Positions 54,551-63,230 of a stretch of 64,000 nt of DNA are shown here, one piece after another. Below the pieces are notes generated by a model, which was given only the letters and a program-made list of their open reading frames with translations, made no database searches and was not told where the DNA came from. Every line of letters starts with the position of its first letter. Position 1 is the stretch's first letter. The DNA comes from Syntrophomonadaceae bacterium (GTDB lineage Bacteria; Bacillota; Syntrophomonadia; Syntrophomonadales; Syntrophomonadaceae). The translations under genes and the position numbers were made by a program. The DNA is taken from contig JAAYCQ010000147.1 of assembly GCA_012729715.1 (NCBI GenBank), positions 1,624 through 65,623 of the forward strand, written 5' to 3'.

Positions 54551-55465
54551 TTAAATTTTGTTCAAACCTAGCTGTGAGAAAGCTGCGTCCAGAGATTGTC
54601 GGTCGGTTAGGACCGGGGCAAAAAGTTCGCCTAGCTTTTGCAGGCGGGGGGGAATGGTCTTTATAGTAAAGTCAGACGGTTTAATACTATTTACCTCATC
54701 CCAGTACAGGGGAGCGGAAACGGTAGCGCCAGGGCGGGGGCGAACACTGTATACTGAACATAGAGTTTTACCTTTTACATTCTGCATATAGTCCACATAA
54801 ATTTTTGTGCCTCTTTTCCTTACCGTTCTTTCCACTGTAGCTATATCAGGCTGCATAGTACAGATGATTTCGGCTACGGTGCGGGCAAAATCACGAACTT
54901 TTTCATAACTATATTTATTTTTTACCGGCAGGTAAACATGCAGCCCTTGCGAACCGGAAGTCTTTATATAGCAGCGCAGGCCCAGCTCATTGAGAACCTG
55001 ACGGGTTAAGAAAGCAATGGTTTTGATCTGCTCAAAGCTGTTCCCGGGTGAGGGGTCAAGGTCAAAAACTATAAAATCGGGATAATCTACCAAAGAAGCA
55101 CAGGACAGCCAGGGGTGCATCTCAATACAGGCCTGATTGGCCAACCAGGCCAGGGCGGCACTCTCCTCCACCAGAATAAAATTGATGTCCCTCCCGGAAT
55201 CAGGGGAATAGTAGGGATACGTTTTTATCCACTGAGGAAGTGACGATGGAGCATTTTTTTGATAAAAACTTTGCTTATCTATTCCGTCAGGATAACGGGT
55301 AAAAACCATGGGTCGCCCCTGCAAGTGAGGAATAATATAGGGAGCTACTTCCACATAATAATTAATCAGTTCCCCTTTGGTATAGCCATCCTGAGGCCAC
55401 AACACCTTGTCCAGCCTGCTCAGTTCGAAACTGCGGCCTTGTATGCTAACTGTATTACTAGCCAT
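54551..55465 (-). CDS. ligD: NHEJ DNA polymerase/primase (LigD polymerase domain, stand-alone)
   Basis: Contains L.KV.WP..GYTKG.L..YY, FDLDP and KTSG..GLHV, which are archaeo-eukaryotic-primase-type LigD Pol motifs. Confidence 0.88.
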   Translation of the reverse strand: MASNTVSIQGRSFELSRLDKVLWPQDGYTKGELINYYVEVAPYIIPHLQGRPMVFTRYPDGIDKQSFYQKNAPSSLPQWIKTYPYYSPDSGRDINFILVEESAALAWLANQACIEMHPWLSCASLVDYPDFIVFDLDPSPGNSFEQIKTIAFLTRQVLNELGLRCYIKTSGSQGLHVYLPVKNKYSYEKVRDFARTVAEIICTMQPDIATVERTVRKRGTKIYVDYMQNVKGKTLCSVYSVRPRPGATVSAPLYWDEVNSIKPSDFTIKTIPPRLQKLGELFAPVLTDRQSLDAAFSQLGLNKI

Positions 55466-55489
55466 CGTATATCTCCTTTGTAGACATTT

Positions 55490-55603
55490 GGGTTTACGCT
55501 CGGCCGGGCAGACACATGGGTCTGCCCCTACAATCCTTTAACGCCTTTACGCCTGCCCCCAAGCCCAATCCCTTACGCCTACCGCTTACCCCTCACCCCT
55601 CAC
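55490..55603. repeat. family B repeat (inverted orientation) overlapping the ligase 3' end
   Basis: Hairpin gggcagac/gtctgccc at 55506-55527, then ctacaat. The array cccttacgcctaccgcttacccctcacccctcac is at 55570-55603. Confidence 0.8.
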
Positions 55604-56494
55604 TTTCTTTATAACCGGGGAGCGCAGGTGCATGGTTTCAGTCCATTCGGCAAACTCTACTTCCACTACCAGTATGGGTTTAACAAAATAGGATTCCCGG
55701 GTTATTTTAAGGGGAAGAGATATAAAAGGCATTATACTACTTTGCAAACTGCTCAATACAGAATGAAGTTCCTCCCAGGCACTTTCACTCAGGCCGCTAC
55801 TGGCCCGTCCTACATAATGCAGGCTGTCTCCCTGGTATACACCCAGCAGTAAAGAATTGGCCGTATTATTGCGAACAGTATAGCCCCCTATTACACACTC
55901 CTGCCGGCGGCGATATTTGATTTTAAACCAGTCCCTATGCTTTTTACCGGACAGATAGGGACTAGCCTTTCTTTTAGCCACAATACCTTCCAGGTTGGTT
56001 GCTTGTACCGCCGAAAAAAGACTGCTGCCGGAAGGAAAATCCTCAATTACATGAATACCATTCTGAGGTATCATCAGCTCCCGAAGACGTTGTTTTCTCT
56101 CTGTTAGCGGAAGAGTTCTAAGGTCTTTATCTCCATCCCACAAAAGGTCAAAAATAATATAACTTACCGGTACCTCCTTAAGCAGCATAGCAATGCTCCT
56201 TTCCGAGCGGGCATTATCGCGCCGCATTACCGCCGGAAAACTAACCCTGGACTCCTTAAACGCCACTATCTCTCCATCCAAAATTACCTTGCGGCCATTT
56301 AATATTGAGGTTAGAGCCTTAAGTTCCGGGTATTGCGCGGTCCGGTTATTAAGCCTTTTATTAATCAACTCTACCTGGTTTTTTCCGCTGTAGGCCAGCA
56401 TCCGCACCCCATCCCATTTAAGCTGGTAGGTAAATTCCTCGTTATCAAAAACCTGTTCCCGGATTACCGGCTCCATCGGTAAAAAGAACTCCAT
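55586..56494 (-). CDS. ATP-dependent DNA ligase (LigD ligase domain, stand-alone)
   Basis: Contains motif I YQLKWDGVR, EGIV.K and W.K.K. The start was moved to ATG 56494 (RBS gggagg) because the ORF-track extension runs into the repeat hairpin. Confidence 0.88.
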   Translation of the reverse strand: MEFFLPMEPVIREQVFDNEEFTYQLKWDGVRMLAYSGKNQVELINKRLNNRTAQYPELKALTSILNGRKVILDGEIVAFKESRVSFPAVMRRDNARSERSIAMLLKEVPVSYIIFDLLWDGDKDLRTLPLTERKQRLRELMIPQNGIHVIEDFPSGSSLFSAVQATNLEGIVAKRKASPYLSGKKHRDWFKIKYRRRQECVIGGYTVRNNTANSLLLGVYQGDSLHYVGRASSGLSESAWEELHSVLSSLQSSIMPFISLPLKITRESYFVKPILVVEVEFAEWTETMHLRSPVIKKVRGEG

Positions 56495-56509
56495 ACTTAA
56501 CCTCCCAGC

Positions 56510-56583
56510 TCGGCTGGGCAGATACACGGGTCTGCCCCTACAATTCCTTACCCCTCACACCTAACACCTAACTCCTTACTCTA
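56510..56583. repeat. family B repeat (inverted orientation)
   Basis: Hairpin gggcagat/gtctgccc at 56516-56537, ctacaat, then array ccttacccctcacacctaacacctaactccttactc. Confidence 0.8.
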
Positions 56584-56654
56584 GACACCTTATAAATACC
56601 GAATTAAAAGCTACTTACTAGAAAACTGTTATTAGCGCCTACCTCACCTCCATA

Positions 56655-57506
56655 CTAACTACCCGTTTTAGCTTTACGGGTTCGTTTCTTTTTACCCTCA
56701 TCTACGACTTCATTTTTTTTGCGGCTTTCCTCAGCCAGCTTTACGCTAGCTTGCAGTGCTTCCATCAGATCGACCACTTTCCCCTTATCACTTACCGCCG
56801 GAGCGTTTACTACTTCCTTACCAACTATTTTGGCGTCAATTAACTCTCGCAGAGCCTGGCGGTACTCATCCTGATATTTTCCCGGCTCAAAATCCACCGA
56901 CAAATTTTCAATCAGGTTAACGGCCATTTTGATTTCATTTTCATGTAGTTTGGCAGCTTCCAGACCCGGGCTCAAACCTGCAGGCGAGCGAATTTCATCG
57001 GGATAGAAAATAGTTTCCATTAACAGCACCTTATCCTTTACCCGCAGTGCCGCCAGCGACTGCTTGGTGCGGATAATCACCCGTGCAATAGCCACCCTTT
57101 CAGTTTTATTCATAGCCTCGATTAACAGGGAATAGGCCTTCTCCCCACCGGGAGCAGCCTCCAGGTAATAACTTTTTTCAAAATATATAGGGTCAACCTG
57201 CTGCAAATTAACAAAATCAAGGATATCAATAGTTTTGGTGTTTTCCAGGGGAATACGCTCTAAATCCTCTTCGTTGATAACTACGTAATTACCCTTCTGG
57301 TATTCATACCCACGCACTATTTCTTCACTGTTTATCTCCCGTTCACAGCGTGGACAATACTTGCGGTATTGTATGGGGGACATACACTCCTGGTGTAAAT
57401 AGTTAAATTTAATATCCTTGTTTTCCGTAGCTACATACATCTTCACTGGTATATTTACCAGCCCAAAGCTAACTGCACCTTTCCAAAGTGTTCGTATTTT
57501 TACCAC
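56655..57506 (-). CDS. ku: Ku protein (NHEJ end-binding)
   Basis: Contains R..WKGA.SFGLVNIPVK.Y.AT and YYL.P. The basic C-terminal tail is KKKRTRKAKTGS. Confidence 0.92.
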   Translation of the reverse strand: MVKIRTLWKGAVSFGLVNIPVKMYVATENKDIKFNYLHQECMSPIQYRKYCPRCEREINSEEIVRGYEYQKGNYVVINEEDLERIPLENTKTIDILDFVNLQQVDPIYFEKSYYLEAAPGGEKAYSLLIEAMNKTERVAIARVIIRTKQSLAALRVKDKVLLMETIFYPDEIRSPAGLSPGLEAAKLHENEIKMAVNLIENLSVDFEPGKYQDEYRQALRELIDAKIVGKEVVNAPAVSDKGKVVDLMEALQASVKLAEESRKKNEVVDEGKKKRTRKAKTGS

Positions 57507-57651
57507 CTGCTTTTTACTTTTACTTTCTGCTTATTTTTAAGCTTTTATTCCCATAATCTCCGGCTGTATACTTTTTGAAAGCCTTGATAAAAAGAGTATT
57601 TTGAGGTATATTTTAGCGGGGACGTTTTGTCCCAAATACACATCATGAAGG

Positions 57652-58839
57652 ATGTTGCAAATGGGCAAATTACCTGATTATTTTGGAGTATCTGCTTTTG
57701 GTATCAAAATGGGGGTAATAGTACCGGGGAGTGATGTGGTGGAGTTGGCCTATGAATCCCTGGTTCTATGCAATGAAGATGGTTTTCTGGACGACGGGGA
57801 TACAATTTGCATCACCGAGTCGGTGGTAGCCAGAGCTCAGAATAATTATGTAACAGTTAATGAAATAGCAGAACAGGTGCGCAAAAAACTTAATTTAAAA
57901 GCAGATAGTAAAGTCGGGGTAGTCTTTCCTATCCTTAGCCGTAATCGTTTTTCTCTCATCATGAAAGGCATAGCTGCAGCCGTTCCCGAGGGACATGTAG
58001 TAGTACAGCTTTCCCATCCTGCTGACGAGGTGGGTAATCAGATACTGCCTGAAGACTTTGCCGAAACCACAGGTAAAAGGAATGGTGAAGTTATCAGCCT
58101 GGAGGATATCGGGGAAAATAGGTTCCGTCACCCCATAACCGGAGTTGATTATATTGAACTGTACCAGAATATTATTCGGGAGCAATCCCGGGGCAGTACC
58201 ATATTCTTAAGCAATGACCCCTTGCAGATTATAAAATATGATCTGGATGGAATAATAGTGGCAAACGTTCATAAACGTGAGGGTACCCGGGATAAATTGC
58301 TTGACCGGGGGCAAAATGTAATTACCCTGCAGGATTTGTGTAACGAAGGTTGTTCCTGGTCGGAGTGGGGATTGCTGGGAAGCAACATATCATCAGGCGA
58401 TAAATTAAAACTGGCTCCCCGCGAGGCTGATCTGGTTGCACAACAGCTACAAGCCCGGGTAAAACAGGAACTGGGTAAGAATATTGAAGTTATTGTCTAC
58501 GGTGATGGTGCTTATCGCGACCCTTCTACCGGTATATATGAATTAGCCGATCCCCAACCAGCCTTTGGATTAACCGAAGGTTTACGGGGCAAATACCGGG
58601 AAGGGCTCAAGTACAAATACCTGGTTGATAAGATGCTGGATGAAGGTGTTAAACTGGAGGCCATAGAAGGTAAATTAGAAGAAAAGAAAAAAGAGAACTT
58701 CCAGCGTAACTCGGTTGAAACTGAAGGCACTACTCCCCGTAAAGCAGAGGACCTTATCGCCAGTCTGGCCGACCTGGTCAGTGGTTCAGCCGATGCCGGA
58801 ACTCCTCTGATTCTGGTTAAGGGTTTCCTTAACAACTAA
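57652..58839 (+). CDS. CofE-like (F420-0:gamma-glutamyl ligase family) protein
   Basis: Weak motif-level resemblance, with [15 protein letters not shown] resembling the family's D..v...K.vS.aeG block. The alternative start ATG 57661 has better RBS spacing. Confidence 0.5.
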   Translation: MLQMGKLPDYFGVSAFGIKMGVIVPGSDVVELAYESLVLCNEDGFLDDGDTICITESVVARAQNNYVTVNEIAEQVRKKLNLKADSKVGVVFPILSRNRFSLIMKGIAAAVPEGHVVVQLSHPADEVGNQILPEDFAETTGKRNGEVISLEDIGENRFRHPITGVDYIELYQNIIREQSRGSTIFLSNDPLQIIKYDLDGIIVANVHKREGTRDKLLDRGQNVITLQDLCNEGCSWSEWGLLGSNISSGDKLKLAPREADLVAQQLQARVKQELGKNIEVIVYGDGAYRDPSTGIYELADPQPAFGLTEGLRGKYREGLKYKYLVDKMLDEGVKLEAIEGKLEEKKKENFQRNSVETEGTTPRKAEDLIASLADLVSGSADAGTPLILVKGFLNN

Positions 58840-58853
58840 AAATTAGAGATACT

Positions 58854-58884
58854 AAAAGAGCAGGGTTAAATACCCTGCTCTTTT
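58854..58884 (+). terminator. intrinsic terminator
   Basis: Stem aaaagagcagggt/accctgctctttt with a 5-nt loop. Confidence 0.8.
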
Positions 58885-58902
58885 AATGCGTATCTTGTTG
58901 TG

Positions 58903-58990
58903 TTCGGCCGGGCAGACACATGGGTCTGCCCCTACAATCTTGACCCCAGGCCTCTCACGACCGTCGCCTTATATCTCCTGACATCCGATA
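58903..58990. repeat. family B repeat (inverted orientation)
   Basis: ttcggccg, hairpin gggcagac/gtctgccc at 58910-58931, ctacaat, then a degenerate array ...cctctcac...ctcctgacatccgatacctgacgtctgacg. Confidence 0.75.
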
Positions 58991-59067
58991 CCTGACGTCT
59001 GACGAGACATTGACATATGCTCATAACCGAAATACAATTTTAGTAAGGATAGATTGGAGCGATAATA

Positions 59068-59427
59068 ATGGCAAGGCAACCCAAATGCAGGCATGTAGAG
59101 TTTATACCTCCTGTCACATCATTTAAACCGGCAGGTATTCCCCGTATATGTATAGAGGAGGTAATACTGCTGGTGGAAGAAGCAGAGGCTATCCGCCTCA
59201 AGGATTACCTGGGCATGGAGCAGGAGGAGTGTGCACAGAAAATGAAAGTTTCACGTCCCACCTTTCAACGCATATTGATGGAAGGAAGGGCTAAAATTGC
59301 CGATGCCCTCATAAACGGAAAATCTATACGTATTGAAGGCGGCGATTATTGTCTGGGTGAAAAGCGGTGCCGGCGCCGGGAACTTATGGAGCAGAGGAGA
59401 GAGGGATGTCCTTACCAGGATAAGTGA
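59068..59427 (+). CDS. DUF134 (UPF0251) putative DNA-binding protein
   Basis: Contains MARQPKCR.V...P....FKP.GIP and the HTH-like MEQEECAQKM.VSRPTFQRIL..AR.K.A.AL..G..I.IEGG. Confidence 0.8.
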   Translation: MARQPKCRHVEFIPPVTSFKPAGIPRICIEEVILLVEEAEAIRLKDYLGMEQEECAQKMKVSRPTFQRILMEGRAKIADALINGKSIRIEGGDYCLGEKRCRRRELMEQRREGCPYQDK

Positions 59428-59439
59428 TACAGAGGAGAA

Positions 59440-59470
59440 AAAAGCAGGAACCCATTGGGTTCCTGCTTTT
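59440..59470. terminator. bidirectional terminator
   Basis: Perfect 14-bp stem aaaagcaggaaccc/gggttcctgctttt with a 3-nt loop, between convergent genes. Confidence 0.8.
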
Positions 59471-59503
59471 AATATAGCAATATAATTTATCTATTTATTA
59501 AGC

Positions 59504-60790
59504 CTATTTTACCCTCTGCCAGATAGCAGCAGCGCCGTGGCCATGGCCTATGCACATGGACTCTACGATATATTCTACATCGGAGAAATCGGGATCAGCA
59601 AACAGCTGGGTGATGTCGCAAGCTATGCGAGCGCCGGTGCAGGCCAGCGGATGGCCAATGGATATTCCGGAACCCCAAACGTTTACGCGATCTTTCGGTA
59701 GTCCCAGGGTGTCTCTGCAGTATACCGACTGGGAGGCAAAAGCTTCGTTAACTTCCCACAGGCCAATCTGGTCCTTGGTCATACCAGCTCTCTTCAGAAC
59801 CTTGGGGATAGCCAGTGCCGGGCCAACACCCATGATATCGGGTTCCAGACCGATAACGGCATAACCTACCATCTTCATTTTAGGTTTCAAGCCAAGAGCT
59901 TTAGCACCTTCAGCAGTAGCCAGAACTACGCCGGCAGCAGCATCATTAATCTGGGAAGAGTTACCGGCAGTAACACTTGCTACTTCATCCTGCATGAAAA
60001 CTGGAGCCATAGCGCCCAGGCTCTCCATGGTGGTTTCGGGGCGTACACCCTGGTCGCGGGCTACTACTACTTCGGCCATTTCATCGCCCTTTTCGGCAGC
60101 TTCCTTGGCCAGGTGTTCACTGGCGACATAGTCGACTGCGCGGCCGTGCGGGTTAGGATTATTTTTGGCAGCTTTGGCCGGTACTTTACACTGAACGGTG
60201 ACGGTTACCGGGCCTGCCTTGTCCTTCTCCTGAGCAGCAGCACATTTGGCATGGGATTCCATGGAGAACTGATCCTGAGCTTCGCGGCTGATATTGAAGC
60301 GGCGAGCCACGATTTCAGCAGTGTAGCCCATATTAATGGCAGCCAGATTCATAAAGTTACCCAGGTCGGGATGCAGAGTTGCACCGGCTCCCATGGGTAT
60401 ATGGCTCATGTGCTGAACACCACCGGCAATAACTACATCGCCAGCAAAACCAGTCATCATGGAAGAAATTGCGAACTGAATGGACTGTAAACCGGAGGCA
60501 CAGAAACGGTCAACTGTACAACCAGCTACATCATAAGAACCATCGGAAAGAATCCAGGCCAAGCGACCAATGTTGAGACCCTGTTCCATAAAGGCGTTGG
60601 CACAGGTTGCCCATACTACGTCATCGAGAATTTCTGCCTGTTTTGCTTTGTCTTCCAGACCAGCTCTCTTTCTCAGTTCTTTGAAGACATAGGCGGAGAG
60701 TTCCTCAGCCCGGACATTGGTAAACCAGGACTGTTTGCCCGCACGAGCTACTGGCGTACGTGCAGCTTCAACTACAAATACTTCCTTCAT
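59504..60790 (-). CDS. thiolase (acetyl-CoA C-acyltransferase family)
   Basis: Contains VVEAARTPV, active-site Cys VDRFCASGLQ, NEAFA, GHPLACTGAR and CIGHGHG. It has an insertion of about 30 aa relative to 392-aa thiolases. Confidence 0.9.
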   Translation of the reverse strand: MKEVFVVEAARTPVARAGKQSWFTNVRAEELSAYVFKELRKRAGLEDKAKQAEILDDVVWATCANAFMEQGLNIGRLAWILSDGSYDVAGCTVDRFCASGLQSIQFAISSMMTGFAGDVVIAGGVQHMSHIPMGAGATLHPDLGNFMNLAAINMGYTAEIVARRFNISREAQDQFSMESHAKCAAAQEKDKAGPVTVTVQCKVPAKAAKNNPNPHGRAVDYVASEHLAKEAAEKGDEMAEVVVARDQGVRPETTMESLGAMAPVFMQDEVASVTAGNSSQINDAAAGVVLATAEGAKALGLKPKMKMVGYAVIGLEPDIMGVGPALAIPKVLKRAGMTKDQIGLWEVNEAFASQSVYCRDTLGLPKDRVNVWGSGISIGHPLACTGARIACDITQLFADPDFSDVEYIVESMCIGHGHGAAAIWQRVK

Positions 60791-61157
60791 TAAAAATCCC
60801 CCTTAAATATTTTATTATTTTTTCTCTCTACACTGTTGGCTTAAAAGCCTACCACTCACACTTATATTTTACCAAATAGTGTGAACAAAGGAACAAATAA
60901 TAATGTTACAAAAAATATCAATGTTCAACAAAATTAAGTTATTTAAGTATAATCCTGTATGGCTTTTGACTACTATACCCAATAATTAGGAAACGAAAAG
61001 TGCTGCAGACATGTAAAGTGAGGGTGAGGGGACCTTAATTTTTTTGTTGCCTTCACTTTATTTTCTGATGATAACCCGCATTTTCGTTTAATTCTTGAAG
61101 GAAATAAGAATTAACTGTCGAAGGAATATATGGGTAATAGTGTTAAGGTGATGGTTT

Positions 61158-62468
61158 ATGGAAGAATATATTTTCTATGTAATCCTTATTTTTGTTCCCA
61201 TTGGAGGAGCCATGGCTTACCTTCTTCATAAGGATGGCCTTCAGGGGAAATACATAAACATTATATTAATTCTTTCTCTGCTTATTATTCTATCTTTTCC
61301 TATCAGTATGGAAAGAATGGGCGGATTAGTCTCCCTGATGATATATGTATTATTAATAGCAGTTGTATCCTGGTACATATTAAAATGCAGGGTTGGCGAT
61401 TTAGCATTGTTTACTTCCAGGTCACCGACCGGGAAGCAGTATGTTAATAATCTGATAAACGATGAGATGTCTGCTATTCCCGTTACCAGTGAAACACCGG
61501 AAAATGATGAATCAGGTATTATTGAAACAAGCGAAGAAATTTCCGAAACGGAAGAAATCTCTGAAGAAAAGGTGAGCCTTAGGACTACTCCCGAAGGGAA
61601 CAAAGCAGAAGAGCTTATACCCGAAGCGGATATTGTAACAGATGAAGGTTTTGAATCGGATAGCAACCTGGTTGATTTGTTAGAATCGGAAGGTGAAGGA
61701 AACGAATTAGAACCAGAGCAAGAAGCAGATGTAACCCCAGAAGCAATAGAAGTTGAAGAGCAAATGGAAGAAGTTCAAATTACTACAACGGTTGAACCTG
61801 CTCCCGGTATGGAATTGACTCCCGAAGCTATCCTGGAGGAGAAGCGGGAGGAAGAGTATTTGCCAGAAGCGGCTGCTAGCAGTAAAGATACGGAATTACC
61901 AACGGATATTAATAAACAGGTAGAGCCACTAATTACGGAAACGTTTGAACCGGTCCTTATAGATGCCGGGACAGATGAGGAGGATGAAATAGATGAGATA
62001 GATAAAGTAGATGAAATACCAGAATCACCAATGGAAATACAAGATTCAGTCACTATTTTGATTCCGGATAGTGAGGAGCCTCAGATGGCTTCCTCGTCGA
62101 CCATTTTAGAGTTAATTGATAATGGCTTTGCCTGCAGGGATGTAAATAAAGAGGAGGCCGCCGGATATTTCGAAGAGGCCTGGCATAATACTTCTGAGTA
62201 TGAGCTAAGGTATATGTTAACCATGGAACTGCTTCAGATATATAAGGAGTGCGGTTGCTATAGTAGAGCCGAGTCGATACTTAACAGCTTTATTGCGCTA
62301 CCAGGCCATAAATCTGATATAATAAACGAAATTAACCGTCAAATCGATTATATCAGCTTGCTGACAGCAGAGCTGGAACGCCTGGGTATAAGCGATTTGC
62401 CAATATCCAGAGTACCAAGGTGGGTTCGCCTAAAAGTGGACGGAGAAATGAACCCTCCAGGAGTTTAG
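61158..62468 (+). CDS. hypothetical membrane-anchored protein with an acidic low-complexity linker
   Basis: Three N-terminal hydrophobic segments, then about 220 aa of E/T/P/D-rich repeats (EEISETEEISEE, DEIDEIDKVDEI), then a helical C-terminal domain of about 120 aa. Confidence 0.65.
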   Translation: MEEYIFYVILIFVPIGGAMAYLLHKDGLQGKYINIILILSLLIILSFPISMERMGGLVSLMIYVLLIAVVSWYILKCRVGDLALFTSRSPTGKQYVNNLINDEMSAIPVTSETPENDESGIIETSEEISETEEISEEKVSLRTTPEGNKAEELIPEADIVTDEGFESDSNLVDLLESEGEGNELEPEQEADVTPEAIEVEEQMEEVQITTTVEPAPGMELTPEAILEEKREEEYLPEAAASSKDTELPTDINKQVEPLITETFEPVLIDAGTDEEDEIDEIDKVDEIPESPMEIQDSVTILIPDSEEPQMASSSTILELIDNGFACRDVNKEEAAGYFEEAWHNTSEYELRYMLTMELLQIYKECGCYSRAESILNSFIALPGHKSDIINEINRQIDYISLLTAELERLGISDLPISRVPRWVRLKVDGEMNPPGV

Positions 62469-62486
62469 ATGAAGGGAGATTAGGAA

Positions 62487-63209
62487 ATGAAAAAAAGCCA
62501 GGAAATTATTGGTCTACCTGTCTTTTCCATTGTGGACGGGAAAAAGATTGGACAGGTTAAAGACCTGGTGATTAATCCTGAGGAGGGCAAACTTGATTTC
62601 ATTCTAGTCAGCAACGGCAGCTGGTATGTGGGGGCCAGAGTTCTGCCCTATAAGGCGGTTATGGGTATAGGCGAACATGCCGTAACCACTGAAAGTCAAA
62701 ACCAGTTATCTAACATCGGTGACAATTCCAGTGCCAGCACCTTACTGCAACGCAATATAGAGATAAAAGGTAACCGGGTATTAACTAATAAGGGTAACCT
62801 GATTGGGGTTATCAGCGAATACGAGGTTGATGAAAACACTGGTAAGATAGTGCGTCTGGAATACAAGACGGCTCGGGACGAATCCAAAACTGATATTGTT
62901 GAAGCTGCCGATGTACTAACCTATGGAGCTGATGTAATTGTAGTGCGCGAAAATCAAACTGGTACTGATCCTGGTGGTTTAACCCAGCCTAAGGATATTA
63001 CCCCCACGGCTTCTGGTGGGGAAACTGACGGAGCGGCTTTCTTTAAGGCTCGGCAAAAACAGTTCCTGCTCGGCAAAAAGCTGGTTCAGGATGTAAAAGA
63101 TGCTTCTGGCAATATACTAATTGCTGAAGGTACCCTGGTAACGGAAGAGGTTATTGACCTGGCTGAACAGCATAATCGGTTTACTGAGCTGTCCCAGTGT
63201 GCCAAATAG
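62487..63209 (+). CDS. PRC-barrel domain protein (two PRC-like modules)
   Basis: The block GLPVFSIVDGKKIGQVKDLVINPEEGKLDFILV resembles YlmC/YmxH-type PRC barrels. A second related block is GNRVLTNKGNLIGVISEYEVDENTGKIV. Confidence 0.7.
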   Translation: MKKSQEIIGLPVFSIVDGKKIGQVKDLVINPEEGKLDFILVSNGSWYVGARVLPYKAVMGIGEHAVTTESQNQLSNIGDNSSASTLLQRNIEIKGNRVLTNKGNLIGVISEYEVDENTGKIVRLEYKTARDESKTDIVEAADVLTYGADVIVVRENQTGTDPGGLTQPKDITPTASGGETDGAAFFKARQKQFLLGKKLVQDVKDASGNILIAEGTLVTEEVIDLAEQHNRFTELSQCAK

Positions 63210-63230
63210 TTAAATAGCAGGTGTAATAAG

